This document shows positions 37,111 to 49,800 of a stretch of 60,000 bases of DNA, one piece after another (the stretch's first letter is position 1; every line of letters begins with the position of its first letter). Source of the stretch: Lama guanicoe (taxonomy: Eukaryota); contig MU053934.1 in NCBI GenBank assembly GCA_013239625.1, positions 12,621,413 to 12,681,412 of the forward strand, given 5' to 3'. Position numbers and translations under genes: made by a program. The notes under the pieces are model-generated. The model did not search any database, had not been told where the DNA came from, and saw only the letters and a program-made list of their open reading frames with translations.

Positions 37111-40100
37111 TCTAATCCATGGAAACTGCTCTGGAGCTTGGAGAGGGTCTGACCTGAAGAGAGGACATTGGGGGTAAGCAGTCTGTAGATAGAGGTTTGG
37201 CAGCTATGCCCTGAACATCTCCTTAGCTCCAGGTACTACCACTCCAGGGCCTTGGACACACCAGTGACACCAAACTGGCAAAGCTCCCTCCCCACAGGGT
37301 GTCTACATTCCGGCTGGGAAAGACAGATCTTAAACAGTAAGCAGCAGGGAAGTAGATTACAGGGTGTGTGGGAAGACAACAGCCACTGTGGAAGGGGGAG
37401 GGGCACCTGGGGAAGAATCTAGACTGGGAGAGAAGATGGGGCAGCCCACCCTCCTACATTGTCAAAGAAACCAAGTAGGGGAGGATTCAGGGTGAGTGAG
37501 GTGAGACAGCAGAGAAGGCAGGCCTGCATGGTTTTCAGAAGGAAGTGCTGTGGGGCCAGGCCACTGCGGGCTGAGGCATGAGGAGGGGGAGGACTGGGAT
37601 TTGGGTGAGGAAGTGGGCCCCGCCCCAGAGTGTAAACGGAGGCAGGGAGGGATGGTGTGGTGCAGGAGGGCCCCCAGGAGGGCCAGGAGGTGAGGCAGAC
37701 AATGCACACTCAAGGGAGCTTCAGACCTTGTGGGTGTGGGGCACCAAGGGTGTCAGAGGGACTTTGTAGTGGCCGGTGGGCCTAGGGCTGCTGTGGGGTG
37801 GTAAGCAGGGGTCCATCCATTATGAGTTTGACTCTGCCAGGTGCTGTTTAGGTGCTTTGCCCACGTGAGCGCCCCCATGTGTCTGAACTGTGGGGAGGCG
37901 AGAACCACGGGTCTAATGGAAGGAAATGGGAGGCAGAAGGACCATGGCGCCTGGGCAGTCCTCACCTTCAAGGACAGGGACAGGAGAGCAGACGGGCTGG
38001 GCTGGAGATGATAAGAAGCCTGAGGGTCTTTTATTCTCAACAAAAGAAGGGGCAAAGACACCCCTGTCCCTGGGCTTCCTGCTCTGTAAACCCACCACAC
38101 TGCAGGGACAGGAGGACATCATGTGGGTTAGGTGCTTCTGGGTATTGCCAGGGTGGTGGTGGGGCCAGGGGAGTGGAGCGGGCTTGGAATTCATTCATAC
38201 AAACCCATTCTTTGCGCCAGGCATTCTGTAGAACCAGTGCTGAGCAAGGGCTCCAGTGTTGGCTGACTAAGCTTGGAGACCAGGAGTGTGTTGGTCACTG
38301 ATTGCAAAGATGTGAGGCTTTGTCCTGAAAGCTTGGCAGTCACAGTACTGGTCTCACTAAGGACAGTGGGCTGGTGAGGAGGCCTGGGGAGGCTGAAGGG
38401 GCCCCTATGAGGTTCAGACTGGGTGGACAGTTGGGCACCTGGCTATCCAGGCCAAGGGCAGGTTTGCAGAGAGAGCAGAGGCCTGGGCTGCTCTGAGCCT
38501 GGTTGTGGGGAGAGGTGCAGCCTCCTGCTCAGCCCCACTATGAATCAGGGACTCTGGTGAGCATGTCCATGGCCTTGCAGCCACAGTAGGAGGGGTGAGG
38601 GATGGCAGGGAGGGGCAGCTTTGAGTGATTCCAGGAGGGGAGAACAGGGGCAGGAAGATGGTGGAGACAGGATGGGGCCTGGAAGCACCAGTTTCCTCTC
38701 TCCAGGGCTGGGCCACAGGAAATCCAACCCTCATGCTTCCCAAGGTGCTTCCTGCAGATAAGGGGGCTTCCGACCGCCCTTTCCTGCTCCCCCCTTTCCC
38801 TACACCTCCCATCCTGCTCCAGCCCCAGGGGACCCTGAGCTCTCCCACTCAGTCCAGGCCAGTGGCCTTGGGAAGAGCCTGGGGCAGGGTGGTGGTGGGG
38901 AGGTCTGGGCATCCTGGGGCCACACTTCTAGGCAGGAAGGGTCCGCCCAGGCTCGGGGAGAAAGCAGACCAGACCACAGACAGCGCTGGAGATTCGGCTC
39001 TTCGGGGTCAGTAAAGTCTTGGGAAGCAGAGATTTTTTTCCTGAAGGAGTGGTGGGTAGTGGAGGAGAGAGCCCAGGCTCCCTCAGGGGTCAGGACTGGT
39101 CCTGGGGAAGAGGACTCAGCTCTGGGGTCGACTAGAGGCTGTTCTGGGGGCAGAGGGGTGGTATTGTGGGCTTTGTGGTGGTCAAGGTGGCCCTGTGGTG
39201 GTGGGGTCTATGTGGGGCTCTGTGGGGAGGGGGCTGTTCTTGGAAGGGATGTCAAGCGTTGCTCAGTGACAGGTCAGGATATTTCCAGGTTGTCATGGGA
39301 AGGGGTAGGGAGATTTTCTGTGTGTGTGTTCATTCAAGTTTATTCCTGGGAGGCTCACGGGACCCAGGGATGCTCTTGGAGAAACTGGGTGAAGCTGGGG
39401 CCTTTTCTATCAGGGACCAGAAGGTGTCCCAATGCTGGGTTGTTCTGTGAAGGTTATCAAGGGTGTCTTGTGAGAGGGTGAGCGGCTCTGCGCTGGGGGT
39501 CAGGGCCTGTTCTTTGGGAAGGAGTCAGGCATGTTGGGGGGGTTTTGTGGGAGTCAGAAGCTGCTTCTTAGGAAACCAGGGATATTTCGACGTTTACGGG
39601 CTGCTATTTGCTTTCGGGGACCTCGGGGCACAGGGTTTCGCAGCACAGGGGTAGTTCTGTGAGGTTGATCAGTGTCGTGGGGCCTGGCGCGCTCCAACGG
39701 GGCGGCGGTGCCTAAGCTGGTCTCTTTACTGCGCTCCCCTCTCCTCCGCCCACTCATCACCCCCTCCCGCGTTGCCACGACAACGCGTAAAACTAAAATT
39801 CACTTCCCAGTCGCAGGTGGAGACTAGTAGCGCCCCCTCCCCTAAGCCCTTCCTCATGGGTCGCGCCCTCACACTGTCGTCGCTAAGGTGACTGGGAGGG
39901 GGTGACAGACGCTGCATCTAGGTGGACCAAAGGACCCGAAGAGGGGGGAGATGGAGAGGCGGGCTTCAGAGTCCGGAGCGAACTCCCCAAACTCGGCTAG
40001 GGGTGGGTGAGCCGCGCTAAACACTGTGTGGTCCTAAGGGTTAAGTCGAAGGGTTAATCGGCTCTGGCTGTGGGAGAGCCCCTGGCTTCTCCAGGTTTCC

Positions 40101-40796
40101 GAGTTCCCCACCGCCCCACTCCCAGGACTGGGTCAGGGTGGTCCCTGTCATCTCCGGGGGCCTTGAATGGGGTGGGGAGGGGAGGTCGGTAGAGTGAGGA
40201 GAAGCTACCACCCCCGGAAATTAATTCTCCTGTTTTTCTCTCCCTTTCCTGCCCTGCCCCTGGTCCCTGTGCCCAACACGGCCCCCACCCCCGCTCCAGG
40301 ACCCCCTCCTCGCCGCTTCTTCCCCGGTGGTCCACGGATGCTCTTCCTCAGCCAAAGGGCGGTGCGGCCCTCGCTGCTCAGCCACTACCCCCACACCGAG
40401 GCCTAGGACTCCCCACACCCCCGGCGCAGCCCCTTAGGGCCCCCACCCTGCTGCGCGGCCCTCACCCTTCGAACGAAACCCCTTCCTCACCCCAGGACCC
40501 CACAGAGATTCCCCCGCCCTCGGCTGGCCCTGAGCCCTCTCGGCCCCCGCCTCCAGCGCAGCCCCCTTGCCACCCCCGCTTCTCTCCCGGCTCAGGCCCC
40601 CTCCCCCCCCCCCCCCCCCCCCCAGCCCTCGGCGCCGCTGTCCTCCGCGCCGGCCCCGGCCCCGGCCCCCCCCGGCCCCATCCCGCACAGCGCGGCCGAC
40701 GGGGCTCCGGCGGGGGGACAGGGGGGGCCGGGGGGCCGCGCGGAGTCCCGGTGCGCCCCGCTCCTGGCCGCTCCCGGCCCCGGCCCCGGCGCGGGG

Positions 40797-40859
40797 ATGG
40801 ACGGCCCCGGGGCCAGTGCCGTGGTCGTGCGCGTCGGCATCCCGGACCTGCAGCAGACG
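40797..40859 (+). CDS. SHANK3: SHANK3 coding exon 1
   Basis: MDGPGASAVVVRVGIPDLQQT |gtgagg. Confidence 0.93.
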
Positions 40860-43800
40860 GTGAGGCTCGCCGCCCGGGTCCCCAGAGCATCCCCCACCCA
40901 TCGCCCAACCCCCCCACCGGCGCGCTCTGAGCTGGGAGCAGGAGACCCCAGGCCCGCGGCTACTCACCCCTCCCCCGCCGCCTCCGCCGGGACCCTCCCC
41001 ACCGCCCGGGCAGGGGCGGGGCCCAGGGAAGCACCGCCCTTGGGGCGAGGCCTTGCCCTCTGGATGCGGAGGCGCTGGGTCCGCCTCGTGGGCTCCCGAG
41101 CTCTGGACTCGCGGGGGCCGGGGGACTTGGTGCCCTGCGCCAGGCAGGCGGGGCGAGTCCTCGCTCATCCGGTCCGCTCTAATGAGCCCGCTCCGCCGCA
41201 GAAGTGCCTGCGCCTGGACCCAGCCGCGCCAGTGTGGGCCGCCAAGCAGCGCGTGCTCTGCGCCCTCAACCACAGCCTCCAGGATGCCCTCAACTACGGG
41301 CTCTTTCAGCCGCCCTCCCGGGGCCGCGCCGGCAAGTTCCTGGACGAGGAGCGGCTTCTGCAGGAATACCCGCCCAACCTGGACACGCCCCTGCCCTACC
41401 TGGAGGTGAGCGGCGGGCAGGGGCGCGAAACTGGGGGCGGCAGGAGAGCGTTCAGGACGCCCCACCGAGCTCTGGGACGTGAGCTGTGGGGGGCGCGGCA
41501 GCGAGGAGCGACGGCCGTGTGGAGTTAGTGTGGAAGCGGTGGGGCGCTGTGCGTAGCGTGCGCTGTGTAGCGTGTGAAATGTGAGCAGCGGGCAGTGCCT
41601 GCGATCAGCGGCTTGTGCGGTGGGGTGTAAGCGGGAGTGAGTGCCCAGAGCGCGGTGTTGAGTAAGGCAGCCGTCGGCTGTGTGCACATCCGTGCAGTCG
41701 TCCTCCCCGTCCCCCGCTCCTTGTCTCGCTTGAAATTCTTCAAAGGGCAATCTGTCTTCCACTTTTGCTCAGCCGTTCATGATGTAAAGGCTGTTGAGTG
41801 CCCTGTGAGCAAGGGGACCCAGACTCAGAGTTGCGGGTGGGGTCGTGGCAAGTGCAATGAGCATTGAAACAGACATTATGGTAGCTGAGCTCAAAGCTGG
41901 CTTGGCCTCCGTGGACAGTTCTACTAAGAGAGGGGGTGTCTAGGAAGCTAAGCCTGGAACCTGGTCTTGGAAGGGGACTAAGGTTTCCAGGGGATCCTGG
42001 GGATGGGAATGAGGAAGAAAGGGCACTGCAGGCGAGGGGACAGCTGGGCATGCATCACACCTGACCTCTGTGTCGGCGGTGTCTGTGGTGGTGTGTATGG
42101 ATTTGTGAGGCTGGCAGGCAGGGGTTCTGTTGTTGAGGGTGGGTGGGAGGTGGTGTGGGGCCTCAGCTGCACAGGAGTGGGCAGGACTGGGTTCTGTGCC
42201 TGCTTTCACCCACTCAGCCCAGGTGGGTGCCTTTTTCTACCTTGTTCTTACCTGAGCAGTTTCGATACAAGAGGCGAGTTTATGCCCAGAACCTCATCGA
42301 TGATAAGCAGTTTGCAAAGCTTCACACGAAGGTAAGGAGGCAGCCATGGGGAGGGGACTCCAAGGTTACCTCCTGCACTACCCCCTCCCCTCGACGCCAC
42401 CGGCCATGACAAATGTTCCCCCACCCCAGCCTTGACTGGGTTTTGTGATGTCAAAAATGTCCTTTAAAATTTAGTTTCCTTCTTGAGGCCCTCCCTCAGC
42501 TTGGGGCTGACTGGTCAGTCCCTCCAGCTTTGTCCTGTCATCAGGGGCCCAGAGTAAGTGTTGAGGGTGGCTGGAGGGCTGGATGCAGACTCTGGGCACC
42601 ACGGCTTTAGGATGGGTGGTCCAGTGATGGGTTCCAGTCACATCAGACTCTTGCAGACCCTTCTGGTGGGCCCCTGGTTAAGAGGTAGAGTGCGACAGGG
42701 CAGTGTCTTGGTGAGCACCTGCTGGGAGAGAAGCGAACCAGCACCTGATGTTGCTGGAGCTGTCGGGGGTGGGGAGAACAGGGAGTCCAGCAGTCAGTGG
42801 TCATCCAGGGCTGGGCATGTGTAATTAGGTGTCTCATTAGTTTTCTCTTGAGAGGGGCTATTATTATCCCATTCTGCTGATGAAGACTCTGAGTCCCAGG
42901 GAAACTAGTGACTTGCTCATAGCTCTGCATCCATTGATTCTGGGCCTGGAACCAGATTTGTCTGACTCTGGGGTCCTGTGCCTAGGCTTGCCTATGGGGT
43001 CTTTACTCCTGGGCACCGTTGGAAGGAGGGCCTGAATCCAAATACTCTTTGCGGGGCACCTTCTGTGAATGTAGGAGGGGCAGAGTGGGGCCACAGCCCT
43101 TCCCACAAGCAGACTCCTTAAGCTCCTACCCCAGGCTCCCGAGGGCCAGTGGACATTGGCTTACTGGATACTTCACTGACAGTCTCTGGAGCCTAAGGGA
43201 GGGATCTGAGCACTCACCCCTGTGCCCCAGTGACCCCGTCATGACCCTGGAGGATCTGTGCCAGACTTCTCTTCCCTGAGGCTTGTGGTGGGCTCTGCCA
43301 CCATGGGTTCCTCCTGTAGTTACTTCTTCAAAACTGTCCTCAGTGACTCACAGGACACCGGTGACTCTTAACCTTCAGTGAGTCCCACTTGTTTTTAGGA
43401 TGAGTTTCAATTCTTATCACAGCCCTGTGTCTCTGCTTGCCAGGGCCCCGACTGACCCCACCATCACATGGCCCTGCCTCGTTTCTTCCCTCAGTTGTGA
43501 GCACTCTTCCTCCTGCTCCGCTGTCCTGACCCACGTGAGGGGGCCACTGGTTCCTATTTTTGATGCACTTTGTTTCTAGGGGGCTTGGGGCCTCTGGCCA
43601 AGGCACCTTGCCTTGTGCGTGCAGCATTGTAGCACCAGCAGTAAAGCTCAGTAAAGCTTTGCTTAGTGAATTGGTGCATGACTGGGTGAAGGAATGAAAG
43701 GCAGTCAAAGGCATGCCACAGGAGGGGACACCAGCAGTGGGGGAGGACCTGGAGGCAGGGTCCTGCCATGGGGTGAGATAGTGAGGATAGTGGTCTAGAG

Positions 43801-46800
43801 AAGGAACAGGCCACCTCGGGAGCGATGGGGATGGGGGTTGCCCTAGGCTGGCTTCTGTCTAGGTGGCCTTGGGCTCTTCCAGGCTGGACAGGTGGGGGCA
43901 CCAGGGCCAGGGAGAGGGGCCAGGGCAGCGGCGGAGGCTGGCGTAGGGAATTCACTCGGAGGGCGTGACAGGGCAACCTGGCCTTGTTTAGGGGCTGGCT
44001 GGGCTCAGGCGAACAGCTGTGCTGGGCTTGGGATGCAGGGAAGGATTTCAAGTGGCACGTGGGTCCAGCTGAGCTGGGTGTAGGACTGCAGTGGGAGGGC
44101 AGGGCTTAGGGTGACATGAGTGGAGTGACAAGGTCATGATGTAGGGTGATAGGCCAGACTGAGCAGGTGGCCTGAGGCTCACTGGTGGAAGGTGGGTGAT
44201 GGTCAGATAATGGTGGCTGTGGTGCTGGGCTGACCGGGATGCCTGGGTTTTCCAGGCAAACCTGAAGAAGTTCATGGACTACATCCAGCTACACAGCACG
44301 GACAAGGTGGCCCGCCTGCTGGACAAGGGGCTGGACCCCAATTTCCATGATCCTGACTCGGGAGGTAAGAAGCAGAGCAGGAAAGGGTGTGGCCTTGGAA
44401 TGGCCAGGACTATAATCTTCATCTGTCCCCTGAACCCAGAGTGTCCTCTGAGCCTCGCGGCCCAGCTAGACAATGCCACGGACCTACTAAAGGTGCTGAG
44501 GAATGGTGGTGCTCACCTGGACTTCCGCACTCGTGATGGGCTCACTGCTGTGCACTGTGCCACACGCCAGCGGAACGCGGCGGCTTTGACGGTCAGTGTG
44601 GACGGGGCCCTGGCCTGGAGGGGCACGTGGGCCAGGAGGGTGAGGAGGCTGGCCTGGCATGGATACTGAGGTTCCTCACCGTCAGACCCTGCTGGACCTG
44701 GGCGCTTCACCGGACTACAAGGACAGCCGCGGCCTGACGCCCCTGTACCACAGCGCCCTGGGTGGGGGAGACGCCCTCTGCTGTGAACTGCTCCTGCACG
44801 ACCATGCTCAGCTGGGGACCACAGACGAGAATGGCTGGCAGGAGGTCCACCAGGTGGGCAGGGAGCATGAGGGCTGGGTCCCAGGCTTGATCTGTGGGCT
44901 TGGGGTGTGGGTTCTGTCTGGGGACCCAGCAGCACCTCCCTCGTCCCCCAGGCCTGCCGCTTTGGGCACGTGCAGCACCTGGAGCACCTACTCTTCTATG
45001 GAGCTGACATGGGAGCTCAGAACGCCTCAGGGAACACAGCCCTGCACATCTGTGCCCTCTACAACCAGGTGTGCCTGCACGTGTGCACGTGTGTGTGTAC
45101 ACAGAGGTGACACTATGGAATAACTACATGTGTGTGCACATCTGACCCTGTGTGTCATTCCACAAGTGTATGTCCTGCAGAGGGCTGTGGCCTTGAAGGC
45201 CTAGGTGTGCACATCTGTTCCCTGTATGCACGTGTTACACGTGTGTGTTCTGAACAACCAGGTGTGAATTGTACGCATCTGGGTCCTCTGGGCTGGGTGG
45301 GACTGGCATGCGTATACCTGACCTGCTTGTCTCTATGCTACACATGTGTGTGCTGAACACATAGGTGTGGTTCATGCACCCTGCACACCTGTGTGCCCAA
45401 GTGCTGTTGCTCAGCTGTGAGCCCCCCACTCTGACCCTCCCATAGGAGAGCTGTGCTCGTGTCCTGCTTTTCCGTGGAGCCAACAAGGATGTCCGCAATT
45501 ACAACAGCCAGACAGCCTTCCAGGTACACAAGTGTTTACAGGAGCATGAGGCTGCCTCGGGCATGCCAGTCTGTCCTTGGTCTTTCTGAGCCTTGCTTTC
45601 TTACTTGTGAGGCAGGAAGGGAGCTCTGAGCTAAGGATTGCCCAGGGTGAGGTGGAGGAAGAGCATGAGCCAGCGCCGTGCCCAGTTCGCGGGGAGCATT
45701 CACTGTGAACAGTGCCCTTGGTCCCCGTCCCAGGGAAAGGAGAGGAGGGACAGAGGGCTCTGGGGCCCGGGGAGAACAGGTGTGGGCTGGCCTGCCAGAG
45801 ACAGGCGGCAGGTGTAGGAGCTACGCTGGGGGCAAGACAGGTGGTCCCAGCCCCGACTGAGCTCTGGCGATGTTTCTGAGCCCTCTCTCTCTGGCCAGGT
45901 TCTGAGCACCGGATGACCTGGTGGATGGGTTTCTGTGTGGCCTGGAGTTTGTGGGGGGAGTCTGGGACTGGGTACTGGGGACTCTGGATCATGGAGGGAG
46001 CTGGGACTGTGCTCTCAGTGGAAGCAAGGGTCATCATGGGTCTCTGAGGAGATGCGGGAAGAGCAGATCAGGCCACTGTGGTTGTCCAGTCAAGGGGGTG
46101 GAGGCTGCAGCAGCAGGCCTGCCGGGTGATGAGACGCAGGAAAGAGAGAAGGGAAGAGGGAGGGTGACAGGAGTAGGGCAGTGTGGGGTGAGGCTGAGAC
46201 AGGGAAGATGGTGTGTGCAGGGCCACTAAGAGCATAGGCAGGGTGAACAGTGCACCTCAGCTTTAGCTCTGAAGGTCTCATGTCCCAGGAGACCCCTCAG
46301 TCCCAGGCAAACTGGGGAGTGAGTTAGACAGGGGCTAGGGTCCGAGCCTGGGGCCCCCAACTGAGCAAGGCCCACATGGAGTCCAAGAAAGGGCCCTCAG
46401 GGCCAAGGGGGCGGTGAGGTCGGTGCCACTGAGCCTCCTCCCTTCTGCCCCCGCCTCCCGCAGGTGGCCATCATAGCAGGGAACTTTGAGCTGGCAGAAG
46501 TCATCAAGACCCACAGAGACTCGGACGTTGGTGAGTTCTGCCCGCCCAGGTGCCAGCTGGATGTGGGTTTCTGGGGGTTGTCGGGGCCCAACAGTCCGAT
46601 GGGCAGTGGAGATGTTGCAGGGGAACCCCCCATTCCCTGAGCCTCCTCCTCCAGCTCTCCCAGTACAGCTGGGAGTAGTCTCAGTGGTCCGTTAGTTGCT
46701 CCTGCAGGTATGGGGAATGTGCTGAGGGCAGGCCTCTGTAGAGTGGGCAAAGGGTCAGGGTAAAGGGCACGGTTAGGTTAGGGCTGTGGGTTGGGGCCAG

Positions 46801-49800
46801 CGCTGGGTTTAGGGGTCGATTTAGGTTGAAAGTAGAGTTGAAGTTAGGGTCAAGGCTTGTCTTGTTGTTAGGGCATATGCAGGACCAGCAGGGGACATGT
46901 GGCAGTGGAGCTCAACCACTGACCTTCAGCCTGGAACATGGGCCAGTTTATGTGGCTGCAGCAAGTAGCAAGCCTCAGTGTGACACGATGGTGTGAGTCC
47001 TCGTGTGATGAAATCAGAACGTGGTGGTGGGGCCACATGCAGGGAAGGGCAGCAGCTGTCTCAAGCGAGGGCTCTGAGCTCTTGGCGCCCAGTGCGTCCT
47101 GGGAGCCCAGTATGTGCCCAGCAGGAAAGCCAGGGGTGCTGCCCAGTCTGGCAAGAGGAAGGGTGCAGGGAGGGCCCCACCCCTTCCAACATCAACCATG
47201 GGTAGGGGGCTGGCCTGAACCTGAGCTCTGCTGTCCCTCTGGGTGGGCCTTTTCTCATGGAAAGAATATTTTCTGCCAGAGGCTGCCCTCTCCAGCCACC
47301 TGACCACAGAGGGGTTCCCATCTCAGCTCCCTCTGCACTGGGCGGGCCAGGCTTTTTCTACCCACGGCTCTCTGGAACACAGACTCCCAGGCTCCCCTTT
47401 CTGCCATGAGTGATGTGTCCCCATTTTAAAAACCTTTGCAGTGACAGTGGACAGCAAAGGGCAAGGGCTGATCTCAGGGTTTGAATCCTGGTTGGTTCTA
47501 ATGTGAGGCTGTGGCTAGGTTAGGGTTAAGACTAAGGTCCAGTTGATGTTTAAGGAGTTTTCCTGTATAGTCTTCCTTGAACAGACCTCCCTGCAGTGAG
47601 GCTTGGTTATGAGCCCCTGGTGCCCCACACAGGGTCAGGGGGCTGTGACAGTGGGTGGACTGTCCAAGGCTGCCGGCAGACCCTCAAGCCGCAGCTCCAG
47701 TAGGTGCCTGTGGAGCACATGACTGAGCTAATGAAGTGGTGTAGGCTTCAGGGAGAACTGTGATGAGGCCTGAGGTTTGCATTAGGGGTGAGAGGCTGAG
47801 CAAGGGCTCCAGTTACGCTCTGGTGGGGGCTGGTAGGGGTTTTGAAGGTGGTTGTTAGCCTGGGAGAAGCCTGGTTTGTGGATTCATGGGGTCCTGTCTT
47901 CTGCTTGTGATGTCACTTTGGGAAAGCTGCTTGGGACCTCTGTACCTCAGTTTCTTGTAAGTAAAATATGGTCTTTTATGGTTGTTTGCAACCCTCCCCC
48001 CGCCGGCCTCATGTGGGATTCGATTCTGTGGGTCTGGACTCTGGTGGGTAGCCTTGGTCCAGCTGGTTAGAGGGTGGGGGCTTGTCCGTGCTCAGGCTGA
48101 GGGTCAGGAAGGCCTCAGCCCCACCTCGTCTTTGGACAGGGATGCTGTGGCCCCTGGGGTCACCATTATCGCAACTCTCCATCTGGCTGACCCAGAGTAC
48201 ACTCACCTGGCTGGGGTTAGGCATTTCATTCCTGAGCCAAAGTCCGTATCAGTTAGTTCCATTGCAAGCATCAGCTCTGGTGGCCGCGCACCCTCTCCTG
48301 CTCAAGTGTCTCTCTCACACACTCAGATGACACAGCCAGAGCTAGTGGGTAATGTATTCATGAGTATTTATGATAAACTCTGTAATCTTAATTCACTCTC
48401 TCAACACCCCCCAGTGAGCGATCATTATTAGTCCATTTTTACAGAGGAGGAAACTGAGGTACAGAGGGGTTAGTGGTAGAGCCTGTCTTCAGACCCGGGC
48501 AATCCAGGGGCCCATCCTTGTTTCTCTCGCTCCCTCTGCACACATTCACTTCAAGGACACTCCCTCCATGAGTCATGTGTCCTACCCCAGCTTGGGGACC
48601 TGGGTGGGGCCTGCCCACAGAGGAGGAGCCAGAGGGAGGCTCTGCCCAGCCTTCCATCTTCCTTTTCCGTAAAGAGGAATCCCACCTGGAGGGTCTGGTA
48701 GGCTGTGACCTGTCACTCTCCAGGGGACAGGTCACTGTGAAGTCTCTCGGCAGCCCCATCACGCCTCCAGACTGGCCGGCCAGGAGCAGGGGCCCTGGCC
48801 TGGGGCAGTAGCTCTGCTCTCTCGCTTGTTGCCTTGAGCTGCTCCTCAAACAGGCTTCTCGCTGACTTGCTGTCCCCAGTGCTTTTGAAGAGTGCCCTTG
48901 GGAAGTGCTTCTCACCTGGTAAGGTACATTTGAGTCAACCAGGGATCTAGTTAAGTGTAGATTCTGACGCAGAGGGTCTGGGTGGAGCCTGAGATTTTGC
49001 ATTTCTGAGGTTGAGGGGAGGCCCACACTTTACATAACAGGAGTCTAGACTAGGGCTTGGCAAACAATGCCCCTAGGCCAAATCCAGTCCATGGTCTGTG
49101 GGGTTTTTTTTTTTTTTTCAGTTGAGGCTTTAAAATTGAGGATTTAATAGAAAGGTCTAAAAAATAAAATAAAATTGAGGATTTAAATTCCAGTTAAAAC
49201 TAAATTCATGTAACATGAAATTAACTATTTTAAATTGAATAATTCAGTGATATTTAGTATATTCACAGTGTTGTGCAACCAGCTTTATTGAATTCCAAAA
49301 CATTTTCATCACCCCAAACGGAAACCCTGTATATATTAAGCGATAATTCCACATTCCCCTCTCCCTCAGTCCCTGCCAACCGTTAATATACTTTCTGTCT
49401 ATAGAGATTTACCTATTCTGGATATTTCACATAAGTGGAATGACCCTTGGTGTTTGGCTTCTTTCAACAAGCTGAAGTTTACTGTAGGATGTATCACTAC
49501 TTCATTCCTTTTTATGGCTGAATGATATTCCATTGTTTGTGTATGTGACACTTTGTTTATCCATTCATCCTTTGATGGACACTTGGATTGTTTCGACCTT
49601 TTGGCTATTGTGAATATTGCTGCTATGATCATGTGTGAAATGTATTTGTTTGAATAACTGTTTTCAGTTACTTTGGGCACTTAGGAGTGGAGTTGCTGGA
49701 TCATATGATAATTTTATATTTGTTTTTTTGAGGAACCACCAAATTGTTTTGAACCAGTTTACACCCCCACCAGCAATGTGTGAGGGTTTCAAATTCTTCA

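Larger units (their letters stand above)
40250..41720. promoter_or_regulatory. SHANK3 5' CpG island / promoter
   Basis: Extremely GC- and CpG-rich sequence over exons 1-2. Confidence 0.9.

Noticed and set aside
40434..41762. 442-aa minus-strand ORF and other long ORFs over the SHANK3, ARSA and MAPK8IP2 CpG islands
   Set aside because: Stop codons are rare in GC-extreme DNA, and the G/R/P/A-rich products have no recognisable domain.
45069..45445. TGTG/CACA-rich SHANK3 intron 7 (similar tract at 56730-56900)
   Set aside because: Low-complexity purine-pyrimidine alternation with no clear unit or supportable function.
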